Source: Candidatus Bathyarchaeota archaeon
GTDB lineage: Archaea; Thermoproteota; Bathyarchaeia; Bathyarchaeales; Bathycorpusculaceae
Direction: 5' to 3'
DNA length: 64,000 bases
NCBI GenBank assembly: GCA_963782525.1
Contig: CAWAKC010000003.1
Location: forward strand, 192,001 to 256,000
This document shows, piece after piece, positions 62,357 through 64,000 of the stretch; the first letter of the stretch is position 1; the number at the start of each line of letters is the position of its first letter. The notes under the pieces were generated by a model. The model worked only from the letters and a program-made list of their open reading frames with translations. It did no database searches and was not told the DNA's origin. Both the position numbers and the translations under genes were made by a program.

Positions 62357-62911
62357 TTACTTGTCGATTTCTGTCACCGTTAACGTCAAGATCTTTGTTA
62401 CTTTTTCTTGGGAGAGGTCAACGACCACGAAAGATCTACTACCGTTGTTGCCAACTAAGAGTAAGTTTGCAGTTGAGGCTTGAGTTACTATGTTGCCGTT
62501 GCCGTCAATTGATCTGGTGATTACTGGGCGAATTGATGTTATGTTGAAGCCTTGGTTAAGCAGGTTTTGTACATCACTGTCGCTCTTAGCTATGTTTGTT
62601 ACGTTTGCAGTGAAATCAGCGCTTACCTGTATTGCTTGGGCACCGAATCCGCTATCCATGCCTCGGGGACCACCCATCCCAAATCGGGATTCCATACCCA
62701 TTGCCATGGGTCCGTTGCCGACTCCGCCAAAATTGAGGGGGCCATTGTCAGTGACGTTTACATTAGAGGAGGGAGTTGTTTCAACATCGGTTGCCACGGA
62801 GGCAGTGGGGTCAGCTTTAGCGAGTGATTGGGTTAAAGAAATTAATGATCCAGCTACTAAGGCGACAGCGATGACGGAAAGTAAGAGTAAGGCTTTAGTT
62901 TTTGTGTTCAT
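62357..62911 (-). CDS. Secreted Gly/Met-rich hypothetical protein
   Basis: Signal peptide, GGAGGTGA RBS. Confidence 0.8.
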   Translation of the reverse strand: MNTKTKALLLLSVIAVALVAGSLISLTQSLAKADPTASVATDVETTPSSNVNVTDNGPLNFGGVGNGPMAMGMESRFGMGGPRGMDSGFGAQAIQVSADFTANVTNIAKSDSDVQNLLNQGFNITSIRPVITRSIDGNGNIVTQASTANLLLVGNNGSRSFVVVDLSQEKVTKILTLTVTEIDK

Positions 62912-62967
62912 ATACTATTTTTCACCTCCTGATTTTCAAACAAATGAGGGAGTTTTCGTATTAAGGG

Positions 62968-63002
62968 ATTTTTCAGGATTTCACCCAAATTAACTCCCAA
63001 TC
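62968..63002 (-). promoter_or_regulatory. Second copy of the putative operator
   Basis: ATTTTTCAGGATTTCACCCAAATTAACTCCCAATC next to a TATA-like element. Confidence 0.65.
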
Positions 63003-63096
63003 TCAATATCTTCGGGAGTTTGAAAGCACACATTTATTACCCAAGTCGGATTAAATCTGAAGAAGAATCCACCTACTGCACGGAGAACCCAAAAAA

Positions 63097-63399
63097 ATGT
63101 CGGCAAATGCACGTTCCTTGAAATACCTGCTAGGATGGCTGATTGCAGGGACACGAGGCGGACCGACGCGTGCAAAAATAATCTTGGCTCTAAAAGAGTC
63201 TCCGCAGAATGCAAACCAGTTAGCAACCATGCTAAAGATGGACTATAAGACCATGCGGCATCATCTTGAAGTTTTAGAGAAGAACAAAATCATAACTTCT
63301 GTTGGAGACAGGTATGGAGCAACATACTTTCTTTCTCAAATGATGGAAGACAACTATATCCTGTTTGAGGAGATTGTGAAGAAAATCGGGAAAAAGTAG
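63097..63399 (+). CDS. ArsR-family winged-helix regulator
   Basis: WLIAGTRGGPTR, NANQLA, DYKTMRHHLEVL. Confidence 0.92.
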   Translation: MSANARSLKYLLGWLIAGTRGGPTRAKIILALKESPQNANQLATMLKMDYKTMRHHLEVLEKNKIITSVGDRYGATYFLSQMMEDNYILFEEIVKKIGKK

Positions 63400-63417
63400 A
63401 AAAAGGAGAACAACACG

Positions 63418-63864
63418 TTGGAGAAACAAATGAGCAATAGATTCAAAATCGGATTAATTCTCGCCGTTTTAATAGCGGTTGCAGTTGTAGCGGCTCTTTG
63501 GGCGTTAGTAGCTTTGCATGAGCCGCCTCTTCAATTGAGACGACCTCCGCCGCCAGGCTCCGTTATTCCAGGTGACTTTGAATACTTCTATGTGGCGTTC
63601 ACTATTGTTTCAACAATAAACATTACTTTGCTTGTCATTGTACTTGTATCATACATAAACATCTACAATAAAACCCGCTCTCCCTTTACGATTGGATTGA
63701 TAATTTTTGCGTTAGCATTCCTGCTGAAAGACGTTGCTTCTCACCCGTTCGTAGTGGGACTGTTCAGTTATAGAGCGTATGGACTTGGACCTTTCGCGTT
63801 TCTCCCTGGACTCTTTGAACTTGCTGCTTTGTCTGTGTTGCTTTACCTAAGCGTAAGGTACTAA
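63418..63864 (+). CDS. Four-TM membrane protein co-transcribed with the ArsR gene
   Basis: Hydrophobic helices; SPFTIGLIIF. Confidence 0.8.
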   Translation: MEKQMSNRFKIGLILAVLIAVAVVAALWALVALHEPPLQLRRPPPPGSVIPGDFEYFYVAFTIVSTINITLLVIVLVSYINIYNKTRSPFTIGLIIFALAFLLKDVASHPFVVGLFSYRAYGLGPFAFLPGLFELAALSVLLYLSVRY

Positions 63865-64000
63865 ACACACAGCAGCTCAAGTCTGCTTTTGTCCATTGTC
63901 GAGAGGGATTGGGTTAAATCTGGAAAAAATCTTTTATACACAAGACAGCTAAGGGGTTAGAAAACAGATGATAGCACATGAGTCAAGAAAACACAGTTCA

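Noticed and set aside
237-63226. Numerous short ORFs overlapping or antisense to confident genes in the six-frame track
   Set aside because: They are shadow ORFs of well-supported CDSs with no independent motifs.

Overview
Archaeal chromosomal DNA, most likely Bathyarchaeia/TACK. This is inferred from TBP, Rpo12, eL38, a CdvC/Vps4 with an MIT domain, Tsr3, Hjc and a Bathyarchaeia-style PQQ-propeller surface protein. The window has four parts. (1) 1-20.4 kb is accessory DNA downstream of a minus-strand tRNA-Phe(GAA). An ~11 kb segment bounded by a 13-bp repeat of the tRNA-Phe 3' end carries Rpo12, Cdc48, TBP and Vps4/CdvC outside their usual operons, plus several unannotated zinc-finger and acidic micro-ORFs. 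(2) 23.9-40.6 kb is an island bounded by tRNA-Val(CAC) and a repeat of its 3' end. It carries a light/UV/tetrapyrrole-stress set: heliorhodopsin, two SOUL proteins, a TspO-like protein, UvsE, DUF523/DUF1722, fasciclin, a DrrAB-type ABC transporter and an SDR. (3) 44.8-52.4 kb is gene-poor and A-tract-rich, with five copies of an asymmetric ~26-30 bp motif around an Hjc gene. (4) 52.4-64 kb holds ordinary housekeeping genes and a probable ArsR-controlled ABC/HtrA locus. Two identical-looking inverted IS1182-family copies and a diverged third element all sit in the 4-nt loop of one repeated hairpin that is fused to a tRNA-Val 3' fragment; an empty copy of that site is also present. About eight single-base frameshifts, mostly in homopolymers, are probably long-read assembly errors. 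All product calls come from motif recognition only; no database searches were run.
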